Positions 19,563 through 29,087 of a stretch of 64,000 nucleotides of DNA are shown in pieces; position 1 is the first letter of the stretch; every line of letters starts with the position of its first letter. Source of the stretch: a bacterium (GTDB taxonomy: Bacteria; SAR324; XYD2-FULL-50-16); NCBI GenBank assembly GCA_032250835.1, contig JAVVEA010000007.1, positions 64,001-128,000 of the forward strand, given 5' to 3'. A program made the position numbers and the translations under genes. Under the pieces are notes generated by a model. It was not told where the DNA came from, made no database searches, and worked only from the letters and a program-made list of their open reading frames with translations.

Positions 19563-20182
19563 GTCCGAAACACCGCCTTGACGATGCCTTGGATGCTCAC
19601 TTCGTTAGCGTCTACATAGATGGGCTTCATATTTTGGTTGGCCGGTTGCAGGCGGATTTGGCGGCCTTCGCGGTAGAAACGTTTGACTGTGGCTTCCTTA
19701 AAATGCAGCATGGCGATCACCAGATCCCCGTTGTCCGCCACTTCGCGCTTTTCGACGACCACATAATCACCGTCCAAAATTGCTTCGTCGATCATCGAAT
19801 CTCCCCGCACCCGCAGCAAATAACTACGGTCTGGCCGCTGCACCATCGATTCAGGCAGGGTCATGAACTCGTTTTCCGTAAAGTGCTCAATCGGCAGGCC
19901 CGCCGCCACACTACCCAAGAGCGGCAATTCCACCACCGCAGGTTGCGTCAGCGGAGCCACCGGGGTTGGTTCGCCCTTAAGTACGCGGATCGAGCGGGAG
20001 ACATTGGGGTCTAAAGAGATGTACTCTTTCTCGACCAAGTTCTTCAGGTGTTTGTGCACCCCGCCAGCGCTGGCCAGATCAAAATGGGCGGCAATATCGC
20101 GCACCGAAGGGGGGTAGTGGTGGTCTTCGATATATTCACGGATATAATCGAAGATGGCCTCTTGTTTACGGGTCAACGACAT
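19556..20182 (-). CDS. lexA: SOS repressor LexA
   Basis: LTRKQ...PPSVRDIA HTH; VAAG cleavage site; GDSM catalytic Ser; TVKR catalytic Lys. Confidence 0.97.
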   Translation of the reverse strand: MSLTRKQEAIFDYIREYIEDHHYPPSVRDIAAHFDLASAGGVHKHLKNLVEKEYISLDPNVSRSIRVLKGEPTPVAPLTQPAVVELPLLGSVAAGLPIEHFTENEFMTLPESMVQRPDRSYLLRVRGDSMIDEAILDGDYVVVEKREVADNGDLVIAMLHFKEATVKRFYREGRQIRLQPANQNMKPIYVDANEVSIQGIVKAVFRTY

Positions 20183-20194
20183 AGGGGCTCCTAG

Positions 20195-20230
20195 GGTGAT
20201 GTTTTGTTCACCTTAGAACATATGTCCACC
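20195..20230. promoter_or_regulatory. Tandem candidate LexA operators upstream of lexA
   Basis: Two abutting 18-mers (minus strand GGTGGACATATGTTCTAA and GGTGAACAAAACATCACC) approximating GGTGAACAnnTGTTCACC; TTGACG at 20234-20239 just upstream. Confidence 0.6.
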
Positions 20231-20244
20231 TAGCGTCAAGTACC

Positions 20245-20607
20245 TCACTTTTTTATCGGCTCCATCATCCCGAAGATCAAGCCATCGGGCCCGGCAGCAT
20301 AACAATGCCGCCCTACACCGGGGATTTCCAACGGGTCGGTAACCAACTGCCCCCCAAGGGACAGAACCCGGTCGCGCTTAAAGTCCAAGTCCTCGACTTC
20401 GATGGTGTTGATCACCCCTTGTCGGCCCCAGGCACGACCAATGGCCCCGTTGATGCCCGGTTGGTCCTCTTCTTTGGTTTGGGTCAGATAATAGGGACGC
20501 GGAGCCCCTTCAAAGGCCTGGGGTTGCCAATCAAAGAGCCGTTGAAAAAACTGGGCCCCTGCTTGGGGGTCTTCGAGCCAAAACTCAAAATATACTAATG
20601 GGTCCAT
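20245..20607 (-). CDS. VOC/glyoxalase family protein
   Basis: YFEF...FFQRLFDW, GINGAI, EIPGVG, DGLIFGMME motifs. Confidence 0.88.
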   Translation of the reverse strand: MDPLVYFEFWLEDPQAGAQFFQRLFDWQPQAFEGAPRPYYLTQTKEEDQPGINGAIGRAWGRQGVINTIEVEDLDFKRDRVLSLGGQLVTDPLEIPGVGRHCYAAGPDGLIFGMMEPIKK

Positions 20608-20661
20608 TTCACCTCCTGATCGATTCCTACTCCCCCTTTGGATTATACCAAGCCAAAGGCC

Positions 20662-20698
20662 AAAAAAAAAGGGCTCCTGCCTTGGCGGCAGGAGCCCT
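20662..20698 (-). terminator. Intrinsic terminator
   Basis: GGGCTCCTGCC/GGCAGGAGCCC 11-bp stem with a 9-nt U-tract on the minus strand. Confidence 0.85.
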
Positions 20699-20733
20699 CA
20701 GTTTTCAGACCGAAACTTACCGTAAATTCAGGA

Positions 20734-21531
20734 CTAAGGTCCGTAGAACTCGAAGATATGGTCGCGTAGCTTTTTCCAAATTTCGTAAATCGGCTCGCGC
20801 GGCATTTCTTCCCATTCCATCAACTGCAAGATGTAGCGCTTGATCTTGCCTCGGGTCATGGTCCGGTCTTCCCAGACCGCGTAGATATCTTCTTCTTCTT
20901 GGGTCAACTGCTTTCCGTCCAACTTACGGCGGTAAAGGAACTTCAAGGCCGAGTCGGGATATTTGTGGACAAAGTCGATCAGTGCCCCGGCGGTGATTTC
21001 GCCGGAACCATAGACCACATCGTCTTCGCCTTCGGTGATCTCTAGGCCCGAGTCGAAGTCCACGTCCTCTAAGTCCAGTTCGTCGATCGCCTCGACCTGC
21101 GGCTCTTTGACCGTTCGAGGCGGTGGCGGGGAAATATGCTCTGAGCCGACCTCTTCGACGCTGGCCACGGGGCTGGAAATACTAGACTCCGGCGGATGGG
21201 CTGCGGCATCGCGGGGCGCTTCGCGCACCGGAGCTTCTTCGCGGGGTACCGCGGCGGCGAGCCGTCTCGGAGTCCGCTCCTCATTGGGCAACAAGACCAT
21301 CACCAGGAAACTGGTCGAACTGATCAAAAAGGCGACTGAAAAGATCAGCCCCTTTTTGTTGCGGTCATATTTGTAGCTGTTCAATATCTGGGTACGCGGT
21401 TCATAGCCGTTGGCCACCAAGATATACTTGCTGTTCATCTCACTGAAAAAGTGCATCGTCGCCAATAATGCCAGCGCGATCACCCCCACCAAAGTGAGTA
21501 AAAAGATGGATGAATCTCTTGATTTTCTCAT
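20734..21531 (-). CDS. Hypothetical 2-TM membrane protein with acidic linker and globular C-terminal domain
   Basis: GAGGGA RBS before ATG 21531; own promoter and terminator. Confidence 0.75.
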   Translation of the reverse strand: MRKSRDSSIFLLTLVGVIALALLATMHFFSEMNSKYILVANGYEPRTQILNSYKYDRNKKGLIFSVAFLISSTSFLVMVLLPNEERTPRRLAAAVPREEAPVREAPRDAAAHPPESSISSPVASVEEVGSEHISPPPPRTVKEPQVEAIDELDLEDVDFDSGLEITEGEDDVVYGSGEITAGALIDFVHKYPDSALKFLYRRKLDGKQLTQEEEDIYAVWEDRTMTRGKIKRYILQLMEWEEMPREPIYEIWKKLRDHIFEFYGP

Positions 21532-21565
21532 GGTTAGTCCCTCATTGGGTTTCGGTTCTACCTTC

Positions 21566-21592
21566 TTATCGGCAGCAATGCGCAGAACTTTA
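21566..21592 (-). promoter_or_regulatory. sigma28 (FliA) promoter
   Basis: Minus strand TAAA-GTTCTGCGCATTGCT-GCCGATAA is an exact TAAA-N15-GCCGATAA match. Confidence 0.85.
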
Positions 21593-21707
21593 GGCCTTTG
21601 GCTGTTTAATCTGAGGCCGCTATCTTTTCCAAACTCACGGTGGCACAAGCTTGCTGTTTTAGTTGCAAAGCGGTATAGATAGCGAAAAATTTTCTGAAGT
21701 TGGCTAC

Positions 21708-22535
21708 ATGGTAGACAAAAAGTTCCCCAAAAAAAGTACCGGCGTGCTGCAAGCGCCGCCCGCGAAAAAGAGCAAGGGCAAGAAGGGCTGCCTCTTTTGG
21801 TTAGTTCTCTTGGTCTTGATCGCCGGGGGCCTGTTTGCCTTCCAAAAGGAGCGCCTTAAAACTTGGGCACCGGCTTTAGTTCCGAGCATCGAGCGCATGG
21901 ACGCCCTCTTAAAAAGCTTTGATCCGACCTTTGGCCTCTTCAAATCCGAACCGCCTCCGGTGATTGAAGCCCTGCCCATGATCGAGATTGAGTTGCCGCC
22001 AGCACCGGAGCCCAAACCGACACCCAAGCCGAAGCTTTTGCCCATAGTTGGTGAAAAACTCAACTATATCCGCGTGGGCGGGTGCATGGATAAAGAATGT
22101 AGGGTGCAGTTGCTGCGCGAGATCGAATCGCTCAACTTACCGACTCTGGTCAAGCGCTACCGCCGCCAGACGTTATATTGGGAGTTGGTCTCTAAAACCG
22201 CCATGAACCGCTCAAATGCCGAGAACCGCTTGGTGGAAATTGAGCGCCATGCGCTGAGCGCACCGCCACCGACCTTGACCAAACACCGTGGGGAATACCG
22301 CATCAGCCTGGGTGAATATCCCGACAAGACTTCGGCAGTCCAGATGCGGAGCTATCTGGCTCAGTTATATCCCGATGTGGATTTGCCCTTTGACTTGGTG
22401 CCGCGCCAACGGCATTTTGATATGGTCTATATCTATGCTGGACCGTTCACTTCGCGTTTTAACGCAGAGAGCGTAGCCGAGTTGATCCGGGACAAGCGGT
22501 TTGTGCAGGAAACCTTTGTGACCGCCGATCCTTAA
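21708..22535 (+). CDS. Membrane-anchored SPOR-domain-like protein
   Basis: Basic N-terminus, TM, Pro-rich linker; YRISLGEYPDKTSA and YAGPFTSRFNAE SPOR-like segments. Confidence 0.65.
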   Translation: MVDKKFPKKSTGVLQAPPAKKSKGKKGCLFWLVLLVLIAGGLFAFQKERLKTWAPALVPSIERMDALLKSFDPTFGLFKSEPPPVIEALPMIEIELPPAPEPKPTPKPKLLPIVGEKLNYIRVGGCMDKECRVQLLREIESLNLPTLVKRYRRQTLYWELVSKTAMNRSNAENRLVEIERHALSAPPPTLTKHRGEYRISLGEYPDKTSAVQMRSYLAQLYPDVDLPFDLVPRQRHFDMVYIYAGPFTSRFNAESVAELIRDKRFVQETFVTADP

Positions 22536-22855
22536 CGGACCTCGATGGTCAACTGCATCTGGGGGTGGATGGCGCAGTTCACCTGAACCTCGCCTTTGCG
22601 GTCAAAGGTGACCGACTTGCCGGGGCCCTTGCCGTAGCTGCCTAGGTCAAAGGTCTTGGCTTCGGAAAGGGAGTAGACGTTATGGTAGACGTCATCTTGG
22701 TTGGGGAATTCAACCCTATCACCTTGCTGGATCACCAAGTGTTTAACCGAGAAAGCCTTGTTCTTTTGGACTACCTTGAAAACCTCTTCGGCCTTCACCA
22801 GTCCAACAAGGCCCAAGACGCAGGCCGACAGAATTAACAGTTTCGGTGCTTTCAT
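22532..22855 (-). CDS. Cupredoxin/plastocyanin-like exported protein
   Basis: Signal peptide; HNVYS and CAIHPQM type-1 copper ligands. Confidence 0.85.
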   Translation of the reverse strand: MKAPKLLILSACVLGLVGLVKAEEVFKVVQKNKAFSVKHLVIQQGDRVEFPNQDDVYHNVYSLSEAKTFDLGSYGKGPGKSVTFDRKGEVQVNCAIHPQMQLTIEVR

Positions 22856-22981
22856 GTTTTTTTTGGGATTGTGCGCTACTGAATATAGCAGCCGGTCAAC
22901 CACTTGTCCAACCATTTCCCGCCAGAACCGCAAGGGCCCTTTTGTGAGCCCAAACCAACAACCCCTATTTCGACGATTTTC

Positions 22982-24484
22982 ATGAGCCAAGACCAAGGGA
23001 AACCACAAGTTTGGGGCGGCCGACTGGCCGAGTCCCCCGCGCAAGCCAACGTTCGTTTTTGCGCCGGCCGCGACGTGAGCGCGTTGCCCATGGCGGACCA
23101 AGATTTGGTCTTTTGGGACATCTGGACCAACCTAGCCCATGCCAAGATGCTCAGCGAAGTCGGGGTTTTAAATAACGAAGAGTACCGCCAAATCTACAAC
23201 GCCCTCAAAAGCCTAGACCCCGACCAATTTGTTTTAGACCCCGGCAAAGAAGATGTACACATCAACCTAGAGCACTACCTAACCTACCAATGCGGGATCG
23301 AGGCAGGCAAAAAAATCCACTCCGGGCGCAGCCGCAACGACCAAGTGGCCACCGACATGCGCCTCTACCTTCGTGACCGGCTGCTGCATTTTACGGGGCA
23401 CTTAAGCGAGCTGGCCCTAGCGGTAATCGAGCGCGCCGAAGGGCTCAAAGAAGCGGTCATGCCGGGCTTCACCCATTACCAACCCGGCATGCCCACCACC
23501 GCGGCCCATTGGCTGACCGCCTGGAGCCAAGCCTTGCTGCGCGATTTAAACGCGCTGATGGACAATTTTAAAGGGATGAACCGCTGCCCCTTGGGCTCTG
23601 CGGCGAGCTTCGGGACCAGTTGGCCCATCGACCGGGAGCGGACCGCCGAATTATTGGCCTTCGACGGCGTCGAGGAAAACAGCCTAGACGCCATCAGCAG
23701 CCGTGGGGAACAAGAAGCCCGAGTGGCCGCCAGCATCGCCGTGGCCATGAACCATCTAAGCCAAATCAGCCAAGACCTGATCCTCTGGTCTACGCCTTTT
23801 TACGGGTTCGCTAAGGTCGCCGACCGGTTCGTTACCGGCAGCAGCATCATGCCCCAAAAGCGCAACCCCGACTTTGCCGAGATCATCCGCGCCAAAGCGG
23901 CCCAGACTACAGGCAGTCTGACCTCGTTGCTGGGCATCGCCAAGGGGGCCATGTCGGGCTACAACCGCGACAGCCAACAGACCAAATACTTGATCATGGA
24001 CCTCTTCCGCGAAGTAATGGACGCACCGTTGATCTTAGCGGGGGTGGTCGAAAGCTTGACCTTTGACGAAGCAGCCATGCGCGCCGCCTGCAATAAAGAC
24101 TTCCTCAACGCCGCAGACGTCGCCGACTTCTTGGCCCAGCGTTTTTCCTTAAGCTTCCGCGACTGTTACGAGGTGTTGTCCCTGGCGGTGAAGTATTCTT
24201 CTGAAGAATCGGGCCAACTGACGCTGGGCGGCTTGCAGCGAGCGGTAACCGAGCGAGGCTTGGCGGACCAAGTGGTCCTCGACGCGAGCGAAGTAGCGCG
24301 GCTCAATGATGCGGTCCAGCTGCTCAAGGAAAAAACCCACACCGGGGCCCCTTCGCCCGAAGCGGTCGCCCAGCTGATCCAGCGCCAGCGCGAACAATTG
24401 GGCCAACTGCAAGAGCAACTGGGCCAATTAAAGATGAAGTTGGCGGTGCGCGAGGTAGAAGCGCTGGTGGCGCTGAGGCCTTAA
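22982..24484 (+). CDS. argH: Argininosuccinate lyase
   Basis: WGGR, HSGRSRNDQVATD, PGFTHYQ and GSSIMPQKRNPD motifs. Confidence 0.96.
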   Translation: MSQDQGKPQVWGGRLAESPAQANVRFCAGRDVSALPMADQDLVFWDIWTNLAHAKMLSEVGVLNNEEYRQIYNALKSLDPDQFVLDPGKEDVHINLEHYLTYQCGIEAGKKIHSGRSRNDQVATDMRLYLRDRLLHFTGHLSELALAVIERAEGLKEAVMPGFTHYQPGMPTTAAHWLTAWSQALLRDLNALMDNFKGMNRCPLGSAASFGTSWPIDRERTAELLAFDGVEENSLDAISSRGEQEARVAASIAVAMNHLSQISQDLILWSTPFYGFAKVADRFVTGSSIMPQKRNPDFAEIIRAKAAQTTGSLTSLLGIAKGAMSGYNRDSQQTKYLIMDLFREVMDAPLILAGVVESLTFDEAAMRAACNKDFLNAADVADFLAQRFSLSFRDCYEVLSLAVKYSSEESGQLTLGGLQRAVTERGLADQVVLDASEVARLNDAVQLLKEKTHTGAPSPEAVAQLIQRQREQLGQLQEQLGQLKMKLAVREVEALVALRP

Positions 24485-26763
24485 GAAGCCGTTGCCCGTT
24501 GGTGGGCCAAGTCGCTGATCAGCTTTTGTAGCTGGGTCACATTGATCCGGCTCGCCGGATCGGGCACCTTTTCTCGTCCTTTGATCCGCAAATCGTTAGT
24601 GGGCACCGGATTGACCACCGAGTTCAAGGCTAACAGGGCCTTGGCCAAGGGCGGCTGGAGCGGGACCGACTTGGGGTTGAGCGGCGAAGTCACCTTAAGT
24701 TGCAGGAGATGGAACAGCGTTGCGTTGGTCAAGGAAAGCTCAAAGAGGTCGCTCACCGGAATCAAGTGCTGCAACACCACCAACTTGGAGGTGAAAAGAT
24801 CGGGCTTTAGCTGGGCCAATTTTGCCTTGAGCCGCTCGATCATCATCTTGTTTTCCTCCAACTCCTCTTGACTCAACTCCAGTTTAACGCCGTCTTCAGG
24901 GGAAGATTTTTTTAGCGACTGGATCAGCTTCGTCTTGTCTTGGATGCTCGGGTGCAGGACCTCAAAGAGGGCGGCATAGAGCGGTTCCAGATCTTTGAGA
25001 TAGTCTTTTTCTAATTCGTCGACCACAAAGGCGGTAAACTCGGCCAAGAAGACTTCTTCGGAGTCCAGCTGGTTAGCCAGCTGGGTGATCAACCCGGCAG
25101 AAACGCCCTTTTTGCGGGCCTGCTCGCGGGCCACTTCTTCGAACAATGCCTTCAAGCGCCGTTTTTGGGTCGCGAGGTCGGCCATGGCATCGGCCAGGAT
25201 CGACTTACCCCGTTCTTCCACCTGGGTCTTAAATTTCTCGATGTCCGCTTCAAAGACTTGGGCGCTATCTTCTTGCTTCATGCGGCGCAATTTTTTGACC
25301 TTACGGTCCATTTCCCGCAATTTCTTTTCCGCCTGTTTTTTCAGTTCCACCACCCGGTTCTGGGCCAGGGCCTTGTCCCCTAAAACCCGCTCTTTAAAGC
25401 GCTCCAGCAGCAATTTGCGGGAGTGGCGCTGGGCGTCGGAACAGAGCATCATCTGGTTGAGCAGGAACATCATGCCGTAATAACGGAAGGATTTGTCCAC
25501 ATGGGGGCGCTCCCATTCAGGTTCGCCTTCTTCGGCCGGAGCCGGAGCCGGTTCGGGGGCTTCTGCGGCCTCAGTAGCGCCTTCTTCTCCTGTTTCATTA
25601 GGCACCGGGACAGCTGCCGGCGGTAGTGGGCGGATGTCGAATAGATAAAGCTTGAGGAACTCGCCCCACTCGCTATTTAATTCCGGTACGCGGTCGATGC
25701 GAAAGGTGAGGGCATGGCGCTGGATCATCGCCAAATTATAACTCCAAGATTCATAGATCGCTTTCGCACCGTCTATACGGATCTTCGGCGGGTCGGCGTC
25801 ACGCTTTTTTACATATTCCTGGTAGGGAGCCCCGAAGGCTTTTTTGGTACGGTCCGTCTCAAAACTGCCCAGGAAGATATTTTTGTTTTCAATCGCCTTG
25901 GCGATGGCCGGACGGAAGATGTCGCTTAAGTAGCGGATGGCTCGCTTGTTGGGCGTCGAAAAGACCAAAAGGGCGAAGTATTTAAAGAGGAACTGCTCGG
26001 TCGCTTCGTAGATCAGGTGATAAAGGTAGAGGGTCTTGACCTGATCATCAAAGGACTCCGCCCCAAAGGCGTCATCGAAGGTGTCTTGTTCTTGGGTGGC
26101 GTCTTTGCTGAGCGAGGCTTTACCGAACTTGAAGGGAACAAAGTTTTCGACAAACTTATTTAGGTCGTTTTTCAGGGGCTCTAAAGCGGCAGCCACTTCC
26201 TGATACTCCGAGTTTTCTTCGATTTTGCGTAGGTAAAAACAAAGCTTGTTGGCGTCCCAGTTGGTCGGGTCAGCGTAGAAACAGACCACTTTGAACATCA
26301 ACTTGGCCACGAGACCCTCAGAGTGTCGCGGTGTGGCGACCCCTTTTTCGCGGATCATTTTGGCGTTGAGCAAGAACTTGATCGGTGTCCACTGGATGAT
26401 GAAAGCGTCAAGATTGGGCGGCAGACTGACCACCTCTCCTTCGCCGGCTGTCTCGGGTAGGTCGGGGATGCCGGTTTTAACGCCGCCTTTACTTTTGACG
26501 TCTGCTGCAGAAGCCTTAAAAGTAGACCAAAAAGCCTTGCGTGCTGTTTTTGAGGTGAATCTCAAGGCCGACTGGGTGGCCTTCATCTGCTCAGCCAAGC
26601 TGGCTTCGCCGAGTAGGTGGAAACTCTTTTCTGTGCTTTTGATCTTCTTGAAATAGATCCACTTCGCGCCCAGCATTCGTTCTGCGCTGAGCTTCAAGAG
26701 GGACATCCGGTCTGCCGGACTCTGCCTTGAAAGGGGCTTCTTTTTCTTGAGGAAGTCGATCAT
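24481..26763 (-). CDS. Large hypothetical coiled-coil protein, 760 aa
   Basis: Long ORF with host-like codon use; K/E-rich coiled coil; no recognised domain. Confidence 0.8.
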   Translation of the reverse strand: MIDFLKKKKPLSRQSPADRMSLLKLSAERMLGAKWIYFKKIKSTEKSFHLLGEASLAEQMKATQSALRFTSKTARKAFWSTFKASAADVKSKGGVKTGIPDLPETAGEGEVVSLPPNLDAFIIQWTPIKFLLNAKMIREKGVATPRHSEGLVAKLMFKVVCFYADPTNWDANKLCFYLRKIEENSEYQEVAAALEPLKNDLNKFVENFVPFKFGKASLSKDATQEQDTFDDAFGAESFDDQVKTLYLYHLIYEATEQFLFKYFALLVFSTPNKRAIRYLSDIFRPAIAKAIENKNIFLGSFETDRTKKAFGAPYQEYVKKRDADPPKIRIDGAKAIYESWSYNLAMIQRHALTFRIDRVPELNSEWGEFLKLYLFDIRPLPPAAVPVPNETGEEGATEAAEAPEPAPAPAEEGEPEWERPHVDKSFRYYGMMFLLNQMMLCSDAQRHSRKLLLERFKERVLGDKALAQNRVVELKKQAEKKLREMDRKVKKLRRMKQEDSAQVFEADIEKFKTQVEERGKSILADAMADLATQKRRLKALFEEVAREQARKKGVSAGLITQLANQLDSEEVFLAEFTAFVVDELEKDYLKDLEPLYAALFEVLHPSIQDKTKLIQSLKKSSPEDGVKLELSQEELEENKMMIERLKAKLAQLKPDLFTSKLVVLQHLIPVSDLFELSLTNATLFHLLQLKVTSPLNPKSVPLQPPLAKALLALNSVVNPVPTNDLRIKGREKVPDPASRINVTQLQKLISDLAHQRATAS

Positions 26764-26823
26764 ACCAACCTAGCGGTTTGGGTTCGGAGGTCCCCCTCGA
26801 GTAGGGGATCGTCCTGCGGGCCG

Positions 26824-26841
26824 ATGCAGAGATCATGCCTA
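26824..26841 (-). promoter_or_regulatory. Possible sigma54 promoter
   Basis: Minus strand TAGGCATGATCTCTGCAT = GG-N10-GC, 60 bp upstream of the 760-aa gene. Confidence 0.45.
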
Positions 26842-26957
26842 GTAGTTAAGCCTGCCAGCGCCCCCGCCTAGCGGAGGCTTCCCTAAAAGTCCAAAAAAAC
26901 TGGCCAAATTCCTGCGAGCCCGCTAATATTGCCCCTAATCCCCCAAGTGATGGAACG

Positions 26958-27827
26958 ATGCAACCACAACGCAATCTGGAACTGGAAAAAGGCCGACTCG
27001 CGGCGATACGTGCCTGCAAAGAGGACATTGAAGAAATCCTCTCATTAGGTCGCGAGTTGATGACCTCCTTGTTCCCAGAAGCCAAAATCACCCCCGGCGA
27101 AGGTAAAAGCTTCGACGCCCACAAGGTGGTTGACTACAAACTCAATAAAATCCGCGCCTGGGTCACCCAAGTGTTAAACGACGGCTTGACGCTTGCCGCC
27201 GCTACCGAGCCGATAGAGATCTTCCCAGAGACCATTCGCCTGCCCCACGCGGTAGCTGAAGAGGTGTTAGAAACCCTGGTGGTGATCTTCACCCATGGGC
27301 GGGACTTGGCTGACAACGACTATTATTACATAAGTGACCTTGCCAACGCCATAGGTTTGGAAGTTCCCGCCGTTTCCAAAGTAATTGAACAAACCCAATA
27401 CGAAATCCGCAAGGCCTTTTTTTCCGGACTACTGGCCGAGTTGGATGACCAGCAGTGCTTTAACTGCGCGGTTTTGTTGATGAAGGCGATCCAAGCCGAC
27501 GAGGAACTGCACCCCGCCGAGTTCAAATATGTCGAAAACATCGCCCAGCTGTTAGAGAACGATCAATCGCGCATTGAAGAGGTGGAACGCTTCTGTAGCG
27601 AGCGCGACGAACTCCCTCGGGTTTTCTTGCCCGAAGACATTGCCGCCTATATGTATAAATATCTAGCGGAAATCGTGATGTGCGGCGGGGACTATGACTC
27701 CCGTGAAACGGCCTTTATTAAGGAAGTGGGTGAGGCCTTCGGTTTCGACCACCACCGCCAAGACGAGATCATCCAGCCGGTGGCCGCCGCCCTGATGACC
27801 AAGGCAGCGCTGTTCCCCAAAAATTAA
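26958..27827 (+). CDS. TerB-like repeat protein
   Basis: AIQADEELHPAE and DYDSRETAFIKEVGEAFG TerB-like segments. Confidence 0.65.
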   Translation: MQPQRNLELEKGRLAAIRACKEDIEEILSLGRELMTSLFPEAKITPGEGKSFDAHKVVDYKLNKIRAWVTQVLNDGLTLAAATEPIEIFPETIRLPHAVAEEVLETLVVIFTHGRDLADNDYYYISDLANAIGLEVPAVSKVIEQTQYEIRKAFFSGLLAELDDQQCFNCAVLLMKAIQADEELHPAEFKYVENIAQLLENDQSRIEEVERFCSERDELPRVFLPEDIAAYMYKYLAEIVMCGGDYDSRETAFIKEVGEAFGFDHHRQDEIIQPVAAALMTKAALFPKN

Positions 27828-28207
27828 GGAACCTTCGGCAGCCCTCCAGACGCACCCCGGTAGAGGTGATAAATCTTCTTAAAACCCAACTGGTTTAACA
27901 GCCGCATAGCATCCGAAGAACGGCCACCGGTCTGGCAATAGACCAGATAGGCAAGGTTGCGGTCCAGTTGCTCTAGCTGACCTTGGAAGCTTTTGTCATA
28001 GTAGTTAAAATTCAACGCCCCGTTGATATGGCCCGAGTTGAACTCACCGGGCGTGCGCAGATCAAGCGCCTGAACGGGCTGGGCACTAAGCAACTGCGCG
28101 GCTTGATCCCTGTTGACGTCGATTACGTTTTCATAAACCGGTGCCTGATCACAAGCAGCCAAACCCAACGCCACCAGCAGCAATAAACTGGTCAACCAAC
28201 CTTTCAT
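27824..28207 (-). CDS. Rhodanese-like lipoprotein
   Basis: Lipobox LAAC; LDLRTPGEF-GHINGA and YCQTGGRS active-site loop. Confidence 0.9.
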   Translation of the reverse strand: MKGWLTSLLLLVALGLAACDQAPVYENVIDVNRDQAAQLLSAQPVQALDLRTPGEFNSGHINGALNFNYYDKSFQGQLEQLDRNLAYLVYCQTGGRSSDAMRLLNQLGFKKIYHLYRGASGGLPKVP

Positions 28208-28229
28208 AAGCTTCCTATTTTTAGCGAAC

Positions 28230-29087
28230 ATGAACCAAACCACCCTTAAGGACAGTCTGATGATTACCGGCGGCGTTGGCCTGCATTCAGGCCGCCCGAC
28301 GCGACTGGTCTTTTATCCTGGCCAAGCGGATCAGGGGATCGTCTTCCACCGGCTGGATAAGGATGTCAAAATCCCGGCAACCTATCAATACGCAAAGACC
28401 AGCCCCCTGTGCACCACCTTACAACACCAAGGCGTTGAGTTGCAGACCGTGGAACATTTGCTGTCCGTTTGCAACGGCATGGGCATCGACAACCTGGAGG
28501 TGGAACTCGAAAGCGAAGAGGTGCCCATCTTTGACGGCTCTGGCTTTGAGTTCTTCCAACGCTTCAGCGAAGTGGGCCTTCAACAGTTAGACCAACCCCG
28601 CAAAGCCATCAAACTAACCAAGCCGGTCCGTTACGCCCAAGGGGAAATCGAAATCCTGGCCACCCCGGCCGACTCGCCGAGTTTCACCTTCTCCATCGAT
28701 TTCGACCACGCGCAGGTAGGGGCCCAGGAGTTCCAATTCAGTTTCACCGAAGCGAACTATAAAGACCAAATCGTCCAGGCCAAAACCTTCTGCTTAGAGC
28801 GAGACGTTGAGGCGGCCCGCGCCGCCGGATTGATCAAGGGCGGCAGCGAAGAAAACGCCATCGTCTTAGGCCGCGATGGGCAGTTTAAAAACATGGAAGT
28901 GATGACTTGGCTCAACGAGCCGAACCTGCACAAAATCTTAGATCAAATCGGTGACTTCTTCTTAGCCGACAACCGCCGCCTGATCGCCGCCGTCTTCAGC
29001 CACAAGTCCGGCCACGCCGCCAACCTCCAATTTATCCGCCACCTAATGTTAGAGCGCCAAGACGCCTGGGAGTTGGTGGAGCTTTAA
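28230..29087 (+). CDS. lpxC: UDP-3-O-acyl-GlcNAc deacetylase
   Basis: GVGLHSG, TVEHLLS, PIFDGS, HKILDQIGD and SGH motifs. Confidence 0.96.
   Translation: MNQTTLKDSLMITGGVGLHSGRPTRLVFYPGQADQGIVFHRLDKDVKIPATYQYAKTSPLCTTLQHQGVELQTVEHLLSVCNGMGIDNLEVELESEEVPIFDGSGFEFFQRFSEVGLQQLDQPRKAIKLTKPVRYAQGEIEILATPADSPSFTFSIDFDHAQVGAQEFQFSFTEANYKDQIVQAKTFCLERDVEAARAAGLIKGGSEENAIVLGRDGQFKNMEVMTWLNEPNLHKILDQIGDFFLADNRRLIAAVFSHKSGHAANLQFIRHLMLERQDAWELVEL

Noticed and set aside
19310-20014. 234-aa plus-strand ORF and many similar antisense ORFs in the track
   Set aside because: Shadow frames opposite well-supported genes such as lexA, with no recognisable motifs
21641-21655. TGGCACAAGCTTGCT as a sigma54 promoter for the SPOR-like gene
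   Set aside because: GG-to-GC spacing is 9 nt, not the required 10
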